Source of the DNA: Candidatus Hydrogenedentales bacterium | GTDB taxonomy: Bacteria > Hydrogenedentota > Hydrogenedentia > Hydrogenedentales > SLHB01 | Reading direction: 5' to 3' | Assembly (NCBI GenBank): GCA_041859475.1 | Contig: JBHEKO010000113.1 | Location: 11,212 to 75,211, forward strand | DNA: 64,000 nt | Shown here: in pieces, positions 17,936 to 27,468 of the stretch | Position numbering within the stretch: position 1 is the stretch's first letter | Layout: each line of letters opens with the position of its first letter | Notes under the pieces: generated by a model | Seen by the model: only the letters and a program-made list of their open reading frames with translations | Database searches by the model: none | What the model was told of the DNA's origin: nothing | Program-made: the position numbers and the translations under genes

Positions 17936-19042
17936 CTATGTGAGGTCTGAGCGATCATAAAGTGCGAAAAGTTTCCGGTTCCATATTCTTGAGGAAAACT
18001 CTGTCTCGACTAGACGTCGTGCGTCGCTGGCCAAGCGCTCGCGGAGGGAATCATTTTGGGCGATGAGCAAGAGAGAATTGGCCAAGGTCTGCGGATCGCC
18101 TTCAGGGACGAGCAAGCCGGTCTTGTTGTGCAGAATAACGTCCGTTATTGCGCCCGCATCAGTACCCACGACGGCTAGTTTGTGAGACATCGCCTCGAGA
18201 ATAACATTGGGGACACCATCACGGTCACCATCGAGCGCGGTCACCGATGGCGCTACGAGCACATGTGATGTCCGGTAGCGAGCCGCGACAGCGCCGGGAG
18301 ACTGCCACCCTATCAACGCGACGTGCTCTTCCAACCGGAGGGTCGTAATCTGTGTTTCGAGCGCCTTGCGTTCTGGACCATCGCCGACTATGGCACAATG
18401 GAATGAGATCCTGCGTGCGCGAAGCAGCGCACAGGCGTCGATAAGAACCTTAAAACCTTTCTTGGGCACCAGACGCCCCACTGCGAGAATCTGATAAACA
18501 TCCCCCACCGAGTCGATGGTTGGAGAGACTTCTTCGGGCAAGTCAACACCATGTCGTATGAGTTCAAGTCGTGCTTCCGGATATCGCAGGGCCAAGTGGC
18601 GCTGTGCTGCGCTGTTGCAGACTGCGCAGAAAGTAGCGTGTTGCAGGACAACTCTTGGCGTGTCCTCTACGAAGACGTCGCGGGCATGGGCCGCCAAACT
18701 ATAAGGTTTATCGAGTATCTGCGCGAGGGCATAGGCCACTATGGCCGGCATGCCGAGAAAAGCCGCGTGGATATGGGTGGTGAGACCTGTATGGAGTCTG
18801 AGCGCCAGCGCCTGTGCAATGGCCCGTAGCGCGCGGATAGGATCATTGCGCAGGTTCTGGACTAATCGTAGAGTCGTTGTATTCGTAAAGGCTTTTGGCA
18901 AGCACTGGAGGAACGGTACGGAATCAAGCCCCACGACATCTATATGCATTCTGAGCTCTCGCAAACCGGCAATCTCTCTCGCGACAAAGGTTTCAGAGGG
19001 GACAGGATAACGGGCTACAATATAAAGAACTCGGCTAGCCAT
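17936..19042 (-). CDS. Glycosyltransferase family 1 (GT4-type)
   Basis: 368 aa. The C-terminal GT1 motif is DGVPNVILEAMSHKLAVVGTDAGAITDVILHNKTGLLVPEGDP. Confidence 0.65.
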   Translation of the reverse strand: MASRVLYIVARYPVPSETFVAREIAGLRELRMHIDVVGLDSVPFLQCLPKAFTNTTTLRLVQNLRNDPIRALRAIAQALALRLHTGLTTHIHAAFLGMPAIVAYALAQILDKPYSLAAHARDVFVEDTPRVVLQHATFCAVCNSAAQRHLALRYPEARLELIRHGVDLPEEVSPTIDSVGDVYQILAVGRLVPKKGFKVLIDACALLRARRISFHCAIVGDGPERKALETQITTLRLEEHVALIGWQSPGAVAARYRTSHVLVAPSVTALDGDRDGVPNVILEAMSHKLAVVGTDAGAITDVILHNKTGLLVPEGDPQTLANSLLLIAQNDSLRERLASDARRLVETEFSSRIWNRKLFALYDRSDLT

Positions 19043-20027
19043 GGATTCGGCTCTTCAATGTCTGCACGGCCTCGCGCGCCGCCAACAAACATCGTTCTCC
19101 TGTTGATCGATAGGCAGAGAACTCAACGTAGTCTTTTAGTACGCCACGGAACTTTTTCTTGAAACGAGTAATCGCCGGTATATTCGCTCCGCCAAGATCA
19201 AAATGCAACATCGTGCATGGCATCTCTTGCACGGCGCGCCACACCAGCAACGACGGCGCGCCTGTTTTCTTCAGTTGTTCATCAGACCCAGCGAGCGAAT
19301 AGTAGACTGAACGTTTATCCCACACAAAGAGGGCGCACGCGCAGGGGCTCCCGTCTGGCAACTTTGACACGTAGTAGCTTCCGATGCCGGATACGACGAG
19401 ATCGTCCAGAAGCTGGATGAGCGACGCCGTGTTGAAAGGTAATTCGCGTCCTTGACGCGAAAAGGTGTCTCTATACAGGGCATCAAATGCCTCGGCAGAT
19501 GTGTTTTTTTCGATCTGAATGCCTGCTTTTTCGGCTTTGCGGACCTTGTTGCGAGCCCCTGAGGCGATGCTGGACCAGAAGGCTGCAGAGTCCGTGATGT
19601 TATGGACGTAGGTGTGCCGTTTGCGAGTTGACCAATGGACCGGGAAAAGGGCCTCCGAAGCATTGGGGGGAAAGGCCAGCGTCGTAAGCGAGTGTTGTGC
19701 GCGTGTGGCATCGGCAAGTTTGGCGGCAAGGACTGCTTGCGAGTTTTCAAAGTTCTTTGCTACGACGATGCTGGCGTATGGGGTAGCAAAGGCGCGCCTG
19801 GCGATGGAGAACGGCCCTTTGCTTCGGATGGCGAGCGGCACGCCCGCGACCAGTTCGGTGTCCTGAAACGCGCCGTATACCAACCATGAATCTCTCGTCG
19901 CTCGACAGACCGCCGAAAGCCAGCGTGTATCGTGGTAGATCGTGCCTTCCGCCGAATCCGCTACCAAAGCGTTCCAGAATGGGAAATCCTCTGAGATTAA
20001 CGGGCGCACTTCCATTTGCTCAACCAT
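19035..20027 (-). CDS. FemAB-like (GNAT-fold) acyl/aminoacyltransferase, EPS-associated
   Basis: 330 aa. FemAB/BioF2-like family pattern (YHDTRWLSAV ... YYSLAGSDEQLKKTGAPSLLVWRAVQE ... FDLGG). The gene just upstream is a tandem paralogue. Confidence 0.5.
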   Translation of the reverse strand: MVEQMEVRPLISEDFPFWNALVADSAEGTIYHDTRWLSAVCRATRDSWLVYGAFQDTELVAGVPLAIRSKGPFSIARRAFATPYASIVVAKNFENSQAVLAAKLADATRAQHSLTTLAFPPNASEALFPVHWSTRKRHTYVHNITDSAAFWSSIASGARNKVRKAEKAGIQIEKNTSAEAFDALYRDTFSRQGRELPFNTASLIQLLDDLVVSGIGSYYVSKLPDGSPCACALFVWDKRSVYYSLAGSDEQLKKTGAPSLLVWRAVQEMPCTMLHFDLGGANIPAITRFKKKFRGVLKDYVEFSAYRSTGERCLLAAREAVQTLKSRIHG

Positions 20028-21030
20028 GTCTGCGATTACCCACGATCAAAGCCTTAAGCAACTCGCTTGCGGTTCGAGCGCGTTCGAGCGTTTCTATGAG
20101 CATGCGAGATACGGGTGACCGGTAAGCATGGCAATCAAGCACGGGATAGCTTTCGGGCGTGAACGTGCGTTTGAACTGCGCGATGCCTTCTGTCCCATAC
20201 CCCACGAGGTCGACTTCGTTGTAACGACCGTTCAGTTTTTCAAACGTCGTCCACCAAAGAAGAGACATCGCATTAGTCTTGCGCAATCGTGAATCATTAC
20301 CCGCCAACATGAAATAGGCCCGCTTCGAGTCATAGCCCACGACAAGAGCCGCCGCCGGTTCCTGCGATGCGGTTTTGGCCAGAAACACTTCGGCTAGGCC
20401 AGCCTCACACGCGTGTTGTATGGTGCTTTTCACAGAGTTCTCGCTTAGCGGCATCGGCGTACCCTGGCGCGTATAGGTCGATACGTACAGTGGATAGAAC
20501 GTCGAAGCGTCCGCCTTATCGACGACAATCCCGGCATCGCGTGCGCCCCGAATGTGTTGTCTGGCATGACGGTTCATCCGTTTCCACAACGCATCCAAGT
20601 CCGCGATCTGAACGACCGGCGTACGCTGCAACGTTGTAGACCATCCCTGCAACGGAACATCGGAAAAGCCATGAACGAGACGAACAAAGGGGTAACGTCG
20701 CAGCAATGCCGAAGACAATGCTTCTTGCGCCGACTCAGGCGCACCTGGGGCGAGAATGACGCCATTATACGCCGTAGCCCAGGGTTTGACCGCTCTCACG
20801 ATACCTAGCCGCGCTGTCCTTCGGACGATGGCCCCGGCAACGATATCTTCTCCGCGTTGCACGATATGCACCCGGATATCATGGCCCATGCCGTGTCTTA
20901 GCGCCTCTAGCCAGCCGCTCAAATGATAGACTGTCCCCAACGGCGCCCGCTCCACAAACCTATCCCACACATCTCGGGCATCGGCCCCTGAAAGCGAGCT
21001 CTCGGTCACGCTATAGTTGTCGGCGATCAT
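20020..21030 (-). CDS. FemAB-like acyl/aminoacyltransferase paralogue
   Basis: The start is placed at MIADNYSV (ATG 21030-21028), by alignment with the N-terminus of 19035-20027. VYHLSGWLEAL, YFMLAGNDSRLRKTNAMSLLWWTTFE, VDLVGYG. Confidence 0.5.
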   Translation of the reverse strand: MIADNYSVTESSLSGADARDVWDRFVERAPLGTVYHLSGWLEALRHGMGHDIRVHIVQRGEDIVAGAIVRRTARLGIVRAVKPWATAYNGVILAPGAPESAQEALSSALLRRYPFVRLVHGFSDVPLQGWSTTLQRTPVVQIADLDALWKRMNRHARQHIRGARDAGIVVDKADASTFYPLYVSTYTRQGTPMPLSENSVKSTIQHACEAGLAEVFLAKTASQEPAAALVVGYDSKRAYFMLAGNDSRLRKTNAMSLLWWTTFEKLNGRYNEVDLVGYGTEGIAQFKRTFTPESYPVLDCHAYRSPVSRMLIETLERARTASELLKALIVGNRRHG

Positions 21031-21073
21031 GTCGCGCCCTCTACGCAGAGATGCGTCCTCCCCATGTCTTCTA

Positions 21074-22006
21074 CTACTGCTCCGACGACGGGGACACGAG
21101 AAGTCCGAGCGCTGCCATAACGTCTTTGTCGAACGTCGCAAAATAGTGCGAGGCGAGATTTTCTGTGGTTGACTTGGACGTGCCGGCCCACAATGCACGA
21201 GCGCGTTGTGCCGCACTTGCGCCCAGAATATCGAGGTCGATAAGAAGCGCTGCTGCACAGCCTTTGCCTGTGAGTTCTTTTGTCGCTATGACGGGCGTCT
21301 GTTTGGAGATGGCGTATTTGCAGATGGCGTTGCCGAAACGTCCGGAGTTGGGGTCGTCTGGAACGAACAGAACGTCCAAGGAATGTTCTAGTTGCGCTTT
21401 GTCAATAGCCTTTTCGTAGTCGGAGTCGGTTCTGCATGCGCCTGCAGGAACTTTGACTGGGACAACGGATGCATCCGCCGTTGGCTTGTTTGCTCCAAGC
21501 GCGCTTAGCAGTTGCTGATTGGCGATGTTCCCGTCGGTGAAAAGGACGCCGAGGCTCTTTGTACCGGGTTTGAGCTTTAGTGCGGTTTGCCAGACTAGCG
21601 CCGTATCAGGCTCCGTGGACATAGCGCCGGGAAGTGCTTGAGCAGCGGCGTCGCGCGCAAAAAAGGCAACGAGGGGCAGTGAAGACGCTCGGGCGTGGAC
21701 AGCGGCATAAACTGCGTCGCCAAAGGTAAGAACGAGGTCTGGTGGACTGGTCTTCAATCCGTTAATGGCGCTTTTCAAGTCTGTGTCGCTACCCATTGCG
21801 TTCAGACGCTCGATTGCGCCTTGCTCGCCGTATTCTTTGAGTGTAGCGCTGAAAGCGGCGAGGACTTGTTCGTGCGACCGTGATGGTATCCATTCGATGG
21901 CAACTACGCGTTTGGACACCGTTTCCGCCTCTGCGAAAAAAAACCAGAGTAACAGCATTACGGCAAAGCATACACTAATGTTTGAAATCAGCCTGAATGT
22001 TGTCAA
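21074..22006 (-). CDS. ABC-transporter-type periplasmic substrate-binding-like protein (ABC_sub_bind-like)
   Basis: 310 aa. N-terminal TM/signal. Type-I periplasmic binding fold hints (VVAIEWIPSRSHEQVLAAF, LVLTFGDAVYAAV, VLFVPDDPNS). The domain call is tentative. Confidence 0.4.
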   Translation of the reverse strand: MTTFRLISNISVCFAVMLLLWFFFAEAETVSKRVVAIEWIPSRSHEQVLAAFSATLKEYGEQGAIERLNAMGSDTDLKSAINGLKTSPPDLVLTFGDAVYAAVHARASSLPLVAFFARDAAAQALPGAMSTEPDTALVWQTALKLKPGTKSLGVLFTDGNIANQQLLSALGANKPTADASVVPVKVPAGACRTDSDYEKAIDKAQLEHSLDVLFVPDDPNSGRFGNAICKYAISKQTPVIATKELTGKGCAAALLIDLDILGASAAQRARALWAGTSKSTTENLASHYFATFDKDVMAALGLLVSPSSEQ

Positions 22007-23105
22007 AATACACGCCCCCGCCGTTCGCTGTGAATAACCCTAACTGACCTCTCGGCTGGATAACGCATTGAGCTTGACAAACCAAAGTGTCGTCCAGAAA
22101 ACCTTGGATCGTTTGGCCATCCACGCGGTATCCCAACTGATACCATCGGTCAAATGCGAACCCCGCTATTGTAACCATCGCAAGAGGGGCTTGCGTATCG
22201 CTAGTTCGTTTCTCAATAGTCAGGATGCATCCAGTTTCGGATGCGTTCATAGATAATGCAAGGGTCTGGTCTGTTGCTGTAGAGAAAAATAGGAGACCCG
22301 CACTCGCGGGCCCCGAGAAGCGAATCGATACCTGGGCGTCATAGTCTGTCCAAATTGGAAAACCAGCCAATGCGGCTCCTCCGCTGGGATCCCACTGCGC
22401 CAGACAGGCGTTTACGCTGCTTTCGTCACGTCCAGGCTCGACAACTCGCCACTTTCCGCTCATGAATTGCCAACTACCTGTGTTGTCCGCATCACATCCT
22501 GCAAACCCGTCATAGAACCTCGTTATTTCACCGCCGAGTCCCTCAGGACAGTATGAAAGGTCATTTGTAATCTCCAGCTTATCCAACGCGATGCCGTCGC
22601 TATGATTGGAAAACGTCAGATAGTTGACGCCTTTATGCAGATTGACCGTCTGGCCCTTAACCCAGTGCCACTGGCCGAAGACGGCGTCATTTCCAAAGAC
22701 GGTTCGAGAACTTTGGTTGATGGAAAGGAAGACGGCATTAGTGCATCCGTCTTGCCAAAACATGCGCCCCCAGATACGGTAGCGTCCCCCGCTAGGCACG
22801 TCGATGCGATAGGTAACGCGGCCATTTCCCTTTCCGCGCCATCCCTGACCTGACCCGAGCGGAAGTTCGACGTATGCATCGCCGCTGGCTCCTGCGAGCG
22901 CGTGAGTCCGCTCAGCGCTTGGCTTATCGGAGAGTAGTGACGGAACAGTGGCGCTGGACGTTACATGGATAACCTGCATGGGTGCGACAATTTCGGCAAA
23001 GCTCTCTGATTCGATGATAAGCGCGCTAGGTTGCAGCGGTGCGATATCAAAAGCCATCGCAATCAGAACAAGTGTAAATATGGTTCCCCACAGTTTATTC
23101 ATCAT
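21975..23105 (-). CDS. Secreted protein with the CBM/jelly-roll-like module shared with 4473-6734
   Basis: Signal peptide MNKLWGTIFTLVLIAMAF. WHWVKGQTVNLHKGVNYLTF and FTANGGGVYFDNIQADFK. Confidence 0.45.
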   Translation of the reverse strand: MMNKLWGTIFTLVLIAMAFDIAPLQPSALIIESESFAEIVAPMQVIHVTSSATVPSLLSDKPSAERTHALAGASGDAYVELPLGSGQGWRGKGNGRVTYRIDVPSGGRYRIWGRMFWQDGCTNAVFLSINQSSRTVFGNDAVFGQWHWVKGQTVNLHKGVNYLTFSNHSDGIALDKLEITNDLSYCPEGLGGEITRFYDGFAGCDADNTGSWQFMSGKWRVVEPGRDESSVNACLAQWDPSGGAALAGFPIWTDYDAQVSIRFSGPASAGLLFFSTATDQTLALSMNASETGCILTIEKRTSDTQAPLAMVTIAGFAFDRWYQLGYRVDGQTIQGFLDDTLVCQAQCVIQPRGQLGLFTANGGGVYFDNIQADFKH

Positions 23106-24150
23106 TCGGCCTCGCAAAAGACAAGACAAAGCCATGTAACACTGCAAACGGCAGGAGTACTATTGCGGTCACTATTGGAGTAAGACAGGATGCTAGGAGG
23201 AATAATATCAACGCACAGCGAATCCTGGCGCATAAGGTATCTCCGTTTACCGCTAAGTGCCAGAGGGAGGTAAACCAATAGGTCACGGCGAACACACCGG
23301 CCAAACCAAATGAGGCTAGGAGCACCGCCAAACCAATCTGCGATCCTGGTTCCATCGTGTTTTCTTTGGGCAAGCCTTGATAGTATGGACCGATCTGAGA
23401 TTGGTAATTACCCGGTCCCAGCCCCCAAAGAGGGTGATCAGAGAGTACGCTAAGCGCCGCGTAGGTTTCAACGTACCGTTGAGGTATCGAAAAAGCATTC
23501 GCCCTCGTTGTTGCCTCAGCAGATCCACTCCAGGCGAGCCAAGTGGCCGCAAGAAGAGCAATCGTCGCGGTTGCGACAAGGCGGACCCTGGGCTCGCCTG
23601 GTTCAACTACGAGATGCACCCCGCATAAGCACAGGAGGGACGCCATCAGGCCGTACCGCGTGCCAAACACGTCTTGGAATAGTCCCGACGGCGCGAACGT
23701 CCATGCAGGAACACCCATAAACGCCAGGACTAACCCTACGCGTAAAGCCGCCCGAAGGTGAATCCGAGCTATCGGGTAACGTGCTATCCATCCGCTAATG
23801 CAGAGCGCGGCGGCGCAGTAGAGTACCACTTGCGCAAACTCCGGGATCGCCAAACGAATCGAAGAAGCGCCAAGCAAAGCAAATGCGACACAAAGAAGCC
23901 ACGGTAGCACAGGGCCCAACAGCGGAATGATGTGTCGCAGGTGGTGCTTTCCGAAGAATTGTGGCAAAAATAAACATATAGACAGCATGAGGAAGAGATC
24001 AGACAACGGCAATGGAAGTTCTCCAAATCTTCCCGCTGCAGGCGTAACCGCAATGGCAGCAAGAAACAACGTAACTCTTGCGTAGGTCAGCGGAGTGTCT
24101 TTTGTACTTGTCATGCTTTCGACGATCGTTTTTTGGATGTCGCCCCGCAT
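23095..24150 (-). CDS. O-antigen ligase/polymerase-like (Wzy_C domain) membrane protein
   Basis: 351 aa, polytopic. The Wzy_C signature is SDHPLWGLGPGNYQ. Confidence 0.55.
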   Translation of the reverse strand: MRGDIQKTIVESMTSTKDTPLTYARVTLFLAAIAVTPAAGRFGELPLPLSDLFLMLSICLFLPQFFGKHHLRHIIPLLGPVLPWLLCVAFALLGASSIRLAIPEFAQVVLYCAAALCISGWIARYPIARIHLRAALRVGLVLAFMGVPAWTFAPSGLFQDVFGTRYGLMASLLCLCGVHLVVEPGEPRVRLVATATIALLAATWLAWSGSAEATTRANAFSIPQRYVETYAALSVLSDHPLWGLGPGNYQSQIGPYYQGLPKENTMEPGSQIGLAVLLASFGLAGVFAVTYWFTSLWHLAVNGDTLCARIRCALILFLLASCLTPIVTAIVLLPFAVLHGFVLSFARPNDE

Positions 24151-24170
24151 TACGCTTCGTTCTCCTCTCC

Positions 24171-24776
24171 TTAGAGCATCGTTCGCATTGCGCCGCCAGT
24201 AATGGACGCGAGGATAATCGCGACACCGAGTAACCAGTTAGTACGTGGTGGAGCCTCGAACGAATGTCGACAGACAAACCCGGAGGTCAATACGAGCGCC
24301 AGATTTCTCGAAGCTTGATGGAACGTCCCCGGGTCGAGGTGGTCTCTGCCGCCGAGAAATCGGTAACCGCCCAATAGCAGTAATGCCAGGGCGAGAAGTG
24401 CGATAGTGCTGATTTTTAGGAGGCGCGTCGACGCGGGATTCCCTGGGCCTTGTGCGGACCAGGACGCCAGTGCGATAGCTCCCATCAAGAGAAGCGCCGG
24501 CCGCGCAACGGGAATCACGTCTCCGTTTAAAACGACCGGAATTTGAACTGTGAGATATGAGGCTGGAATGCTCCAATACGACAATACAAGCGTCCATATC
24601 ATAGGCCGCCACTCACGAAGCGAATGACATCTCGTCGCTAGAACCAATAGACCCAATCCCATTCCTGTCGTTGCGTCGAATAAGGCGCCATTTCTGATCG
24701 CGAAAATTGCCAATAGCCCTATTGCTGCGACGAAAATAAAGACCGTTGAGGAAATAACGCGACCTCTCAAGTCCAC
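24171..24776 (-). CDS. Polytopic membrane protein, possibly the detached N-terminal part of the Wzy-like gene downstream
   Basis: 201 aa with about 6 predicted TM helices. It ends 20 nt before the Wzy_C ORF in a different frame. Confidence 0.35.
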   Translation of the reverse strand: MDLRGRVISSTVFIFVAAIGLLAIFAIRNGALFDATTGMGLGLLVLATRCHSLREWRPMIWTLVLSYWSIPASYLTVQIPVVLNGDVIPVARPALLLMGAIALASWSAQGPGNPASTRLLKISTIALLALALLLLGGYRFLGGRDHLDPGTFHQASRNLALVLTSGFVCRHSFEAPPRTNWLLGVAIILASITGGAMRTML

Positions 24777-25942
24777 CTCCTTGCGCTCTGGGCAACTCGA
24801 AGATAGAATTCACTAAGATAGCTTAGTTGAGTTTCGAGTGAAAACTCTTCGCGTACGCGAGATTGGGCTGCTCGGCCAAGACGCGTAGCGAGGCTCGGGT
24901 CCACTATCAGGCGCATAACCGCCTCAGCAACGGCTTGGGGATCGTCTGGAGGCACGAGAAGACCGTTGACTCCGTCAATAATGACGTCAATGTTCCCGGG
25001 AACTCGAGTCGCCACAATTGGTTTCCCATGTGCCATCGCGTCTAGTAGGGAAAAAGCAAGTCCTTCATAGCGAGAGGTAGAAACATAAATGTCCAATTCT
25101 CGCAAGACATGGTCCATTTGATGTCCACGGTTCTCAGTGCAAAGCGCGATGTCAAGACCGGTCTGCTGCGCATATTCACGCAACGACGACTCAAGGGGAC
25201 CGTATCCATACAGGGCATAGCGCAGTTTTGGAAGTCGAGCCTGCAAGAGCGCGCAAGCGCGCAAAAAGGCCAAAGGGTCTTTTTGGTTGCAGAAACGACT
25301 GATAAAGCCGATGAGTGGTCGTTCATTCGAAAGACTTGCCTCTTTCGGCGTCGTGTCGGTCCATCCGACGGCGTTGGGAATGAGCTCGATGGATTTGTCC
25401 CGATAGCCAAGGCACTGCATTTCGTCCGCCTCACTCCGTGAAACGGCCATGACGGAGTGCGTGAACGGAACTTGCGTACGCTCCAGGGCGCGATAGAACC
25501 AACCTTTCAAACCACCCGTCAAAAAAGCGAATGCATGGGGGGAATAGACAATGGGAGGTCGTGCTCCAAAACAGAAAGCTAGTCGCGTGACTGCACCGGC
25601 CTTCGAACTGTGAGAATGGATTACATCGAAGGGGTATTCATGGAAGAGGCGGCGTAAGAATCGAATCCCCCGAAAGTCCTCGAAAAGCCTGATGTCGCGA
25701 GACATATCCAACGTCCAAACATCGATGCCCAGTTGTCGAAACTGCACGATGACTTTGTCAAACGTGGGATCTCTTTTCAGAGAACATAACAGCGAGTGCT
25801 TTTGTTCTTTTGACTGAAGACGTGGAAGCAGTGTCTCTACCCAACGTCGCGTCCCACCTTCAGTTGCCTCTAACACATGCAGCACGGACACAAGGGGTTT
25901 CATACAAATCGCGCCCTTAAATACGCTGCCAGAAACCGGCAC
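24767..25942 (-). CDS. Glycosyltransferase family 1
   Basis: 391 aa. EGLAFSLLDAMAHGKPIVATRVPGNIDVIIDGVNGLLVPPDDP. Confidence 0.65.
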   Translation of the reverse strand: MPVSGSVFKGAICMKPLVSVLHVLEATEGGTRRWVETLLPRLQSKEQKHSLLCSLKRDPTFDKVIVQFRQLGIDVWTLDMSRDIRLFEDFRGIRFLRRLFHEYPFDVIHSHSSKAGAVTRLAFCFGARPPIVYSPHAFAFLTGGLKGWFYRALERTQVPFTHSVMAVSRSEADEMQCLGYRDKSIELIPNAVGWTDTTPKEASLSNERPLIGFISRFCNQKDPLAFLRACALLQARLPKLRYALYGYGPLESSLREYAQQTGLDIALCTENRGHQMDHVLRELDIYVSTSRYEGLAFSLLDAMAHGKPIVATRVPGNIDVIIDGVNGLLVPPDDPQAVAEAVMRLIVDPSLATRLGRAAQSRVREEFSLETQLSYLSEFYLRVAQSARRWT

Positions 25943-27468
25943 TCTCTTACGCCGAACAAATGAGCCACGATGAGGTAAGTCATCAAAATTACCATTCCGC
26001 CGAAGCAGATTGTGCCGAGGCGCGTGATAAACCCGCCTGTGCCAAGTACGGGAAGTGCTTCTGTGACACTTGCGGTGCCCGCAATTCCCGCAAAAAGTGT
26101 GGCAGGAACGAGTCTAAGCAGTTCTCTCAGTTCAAGCTGACGTACGGTTACCTTGCCGCGTCGATAAACGCTCCACCCTAGTGCTATTACCTTAAGTCCG
26201 CGCGCCAAAACTATGGCCGCCGGAATCGCGACAATTCCGAAGTATTGAACACACGAAATAATCAACGCGATTTTGGCCAAAACACAAAAACTTCCGATCA
26301 GGAATGGGGGCCACAGATCTTCTCTGGAAAAGAAATGCTGCATAAGGAGTTGTTCGATGACATCAAAGCACATACCCGGTGCCAACCAAAAGAGAATGAG
26401 GGCGACAAGTCGGGTAGATTCCGCGTCGAACATCCCACGCTGATATACCAGCGCTACAATGGGCTCGGCTAGAATGACCATCATTAAGACCATCGGCAGA
26501 AATAGGAACAACATCCCACGAATCCCGCGCCCCAGGAGTCCGGCCATGCTCGAATGGTCGTGTTGGGAATTTAACTCGGCGAAGAATGTAAATAGAACCG
26601 TCGAACAAGCAACTGAGATGACGAGCAAAGGGAGATTGGTGAGCTTTCGGGCAAAGCTCAGCGCTGAGACCACCCCCTCGCCCAAATTACTGCATGCGGC
26701 GTTCTCGACAAGCCCTCCCGCTTGGGCAAAAATAGTCCCGAGAATTGGAGCAGTCATCAGGAGCAGGGAGCGTCGAAACTCCTCACTTGCGAAGACCAGT
26801 TTGAGACGCGGGCGAGACCAAAGACGGCCTATCGTAAACGAGTGGAACAGTAACGCCATGAAAAGTGATGCGATTGTACCCACGGCGAGGGCCTTTGCGC
26901 CGAGGGGATGTGCAAGTAATACGATCACACCCAACAAGGTCATCTTCATAGCTAGGTCCGTCAGAGGCGGTATGACGAAAAGGCGACGCGCCGTCATAAC
27001 GCAGTTCGACAATGGGAGCAGTGAGAAGACCACGGCGCAAGGAAGCATCAGACGCAACAAATCAACACACAGTGCGTGGGTAGAGGGAGCAAATCCCGGC
27101 GCAAGCGTATGGATGACTGTATCCGCGCATAAAAAAACGATCAACCCGAAAGCAGCGGTTAACGCGGCGAATAATATCGTCCACGAGAGCAGGTGCGAAG
27201 AAACCTCGTCCCACTGTTCTTCCTGGTTCTTGCGTACAAACAAAGGCCCTAAGACCGGTTTCACCAAACTGGAAGCCGCGAAAAATGCTATCATGACAAA
27301 GTTCACGGCCATTAGGTAAGCGTCGTAATCATGCCTAGTGCCAAAGAAAGCGGCTGCCACGACTTTCTCTACAAACCCGCCGACCCGGACAAGTGCAGTA
27401 ATACTCGCAACGGTAGCAACATAGCCCAGCACAAGACGAGGACTGTACAAAGACTTTGTAAGAGTCAT
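25900..27468 (-). CDS. Polysaccharide biosynthesis protein / Wzx-like MOP-family flippase
   Basis: 522 aa with about 12-14 hydrophobic helices. It is embedded among glycosyltransferases. The N-terminus resembles Wzx/MurJ-type exporters. Confidence 0.55.
   Translation of the reverse strand: MTLTKSLYSPRLVLGYVATVASITALVRVGGFVEKVVAAAFFGTRHDYDAYLMAVNFVMIAFFAASSLVKPVLGPLFVRKNQEEQWDEVSSHLLSWTILFAALTAAFGLIVFLCADTVIHTLAPGFAPSTHALCVDLLRLMLPCAVVFSLLPLSNCVMTARRLFVIPPLTDLAMKMTLLGVIVLLAHPLGAKALAVGTIASLFMALLFHSFTIGRLWSRPRLKLVFASEEFRRSLLLMTAPILGTIFAQAGGLVENAACSNLGEGVVSALSFARKLTNLPLLVISVACSTVLFTFFAELNSQHDHSSMAGLLGRGIRGMLFLFLPMVLMMVILAEPIVALVYQRGMFDAESTRLVALILFWLAPGMCFDVIEQLLMQHFFSREDLWPPFLIGSFCVLAKIALIISCVQYFGIVAIPAAIVLARGLKVIALGWSVYRRGKVTVRQLELRELLRLVPATLFAGIAGTASVTEALPVLGTGGFITRLGTICFGGMVILMTYLIVAHLFGVRECRFLAAYLRARFV

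Noticed and set aside
17815-17936. Possible bidirectional terminator between convergent genes (GACACCCGTACTCACGTGTGTC)
   Set aside because: There is only a 5-bp imperfect stem and no U-tract. This is too weak to call.
26459-27319. 286-aa plus-strand ORF
   Set aside because: It is antisense to the Wzx-like flippase gene and has Arg/Ser-rich low-complexity translation.
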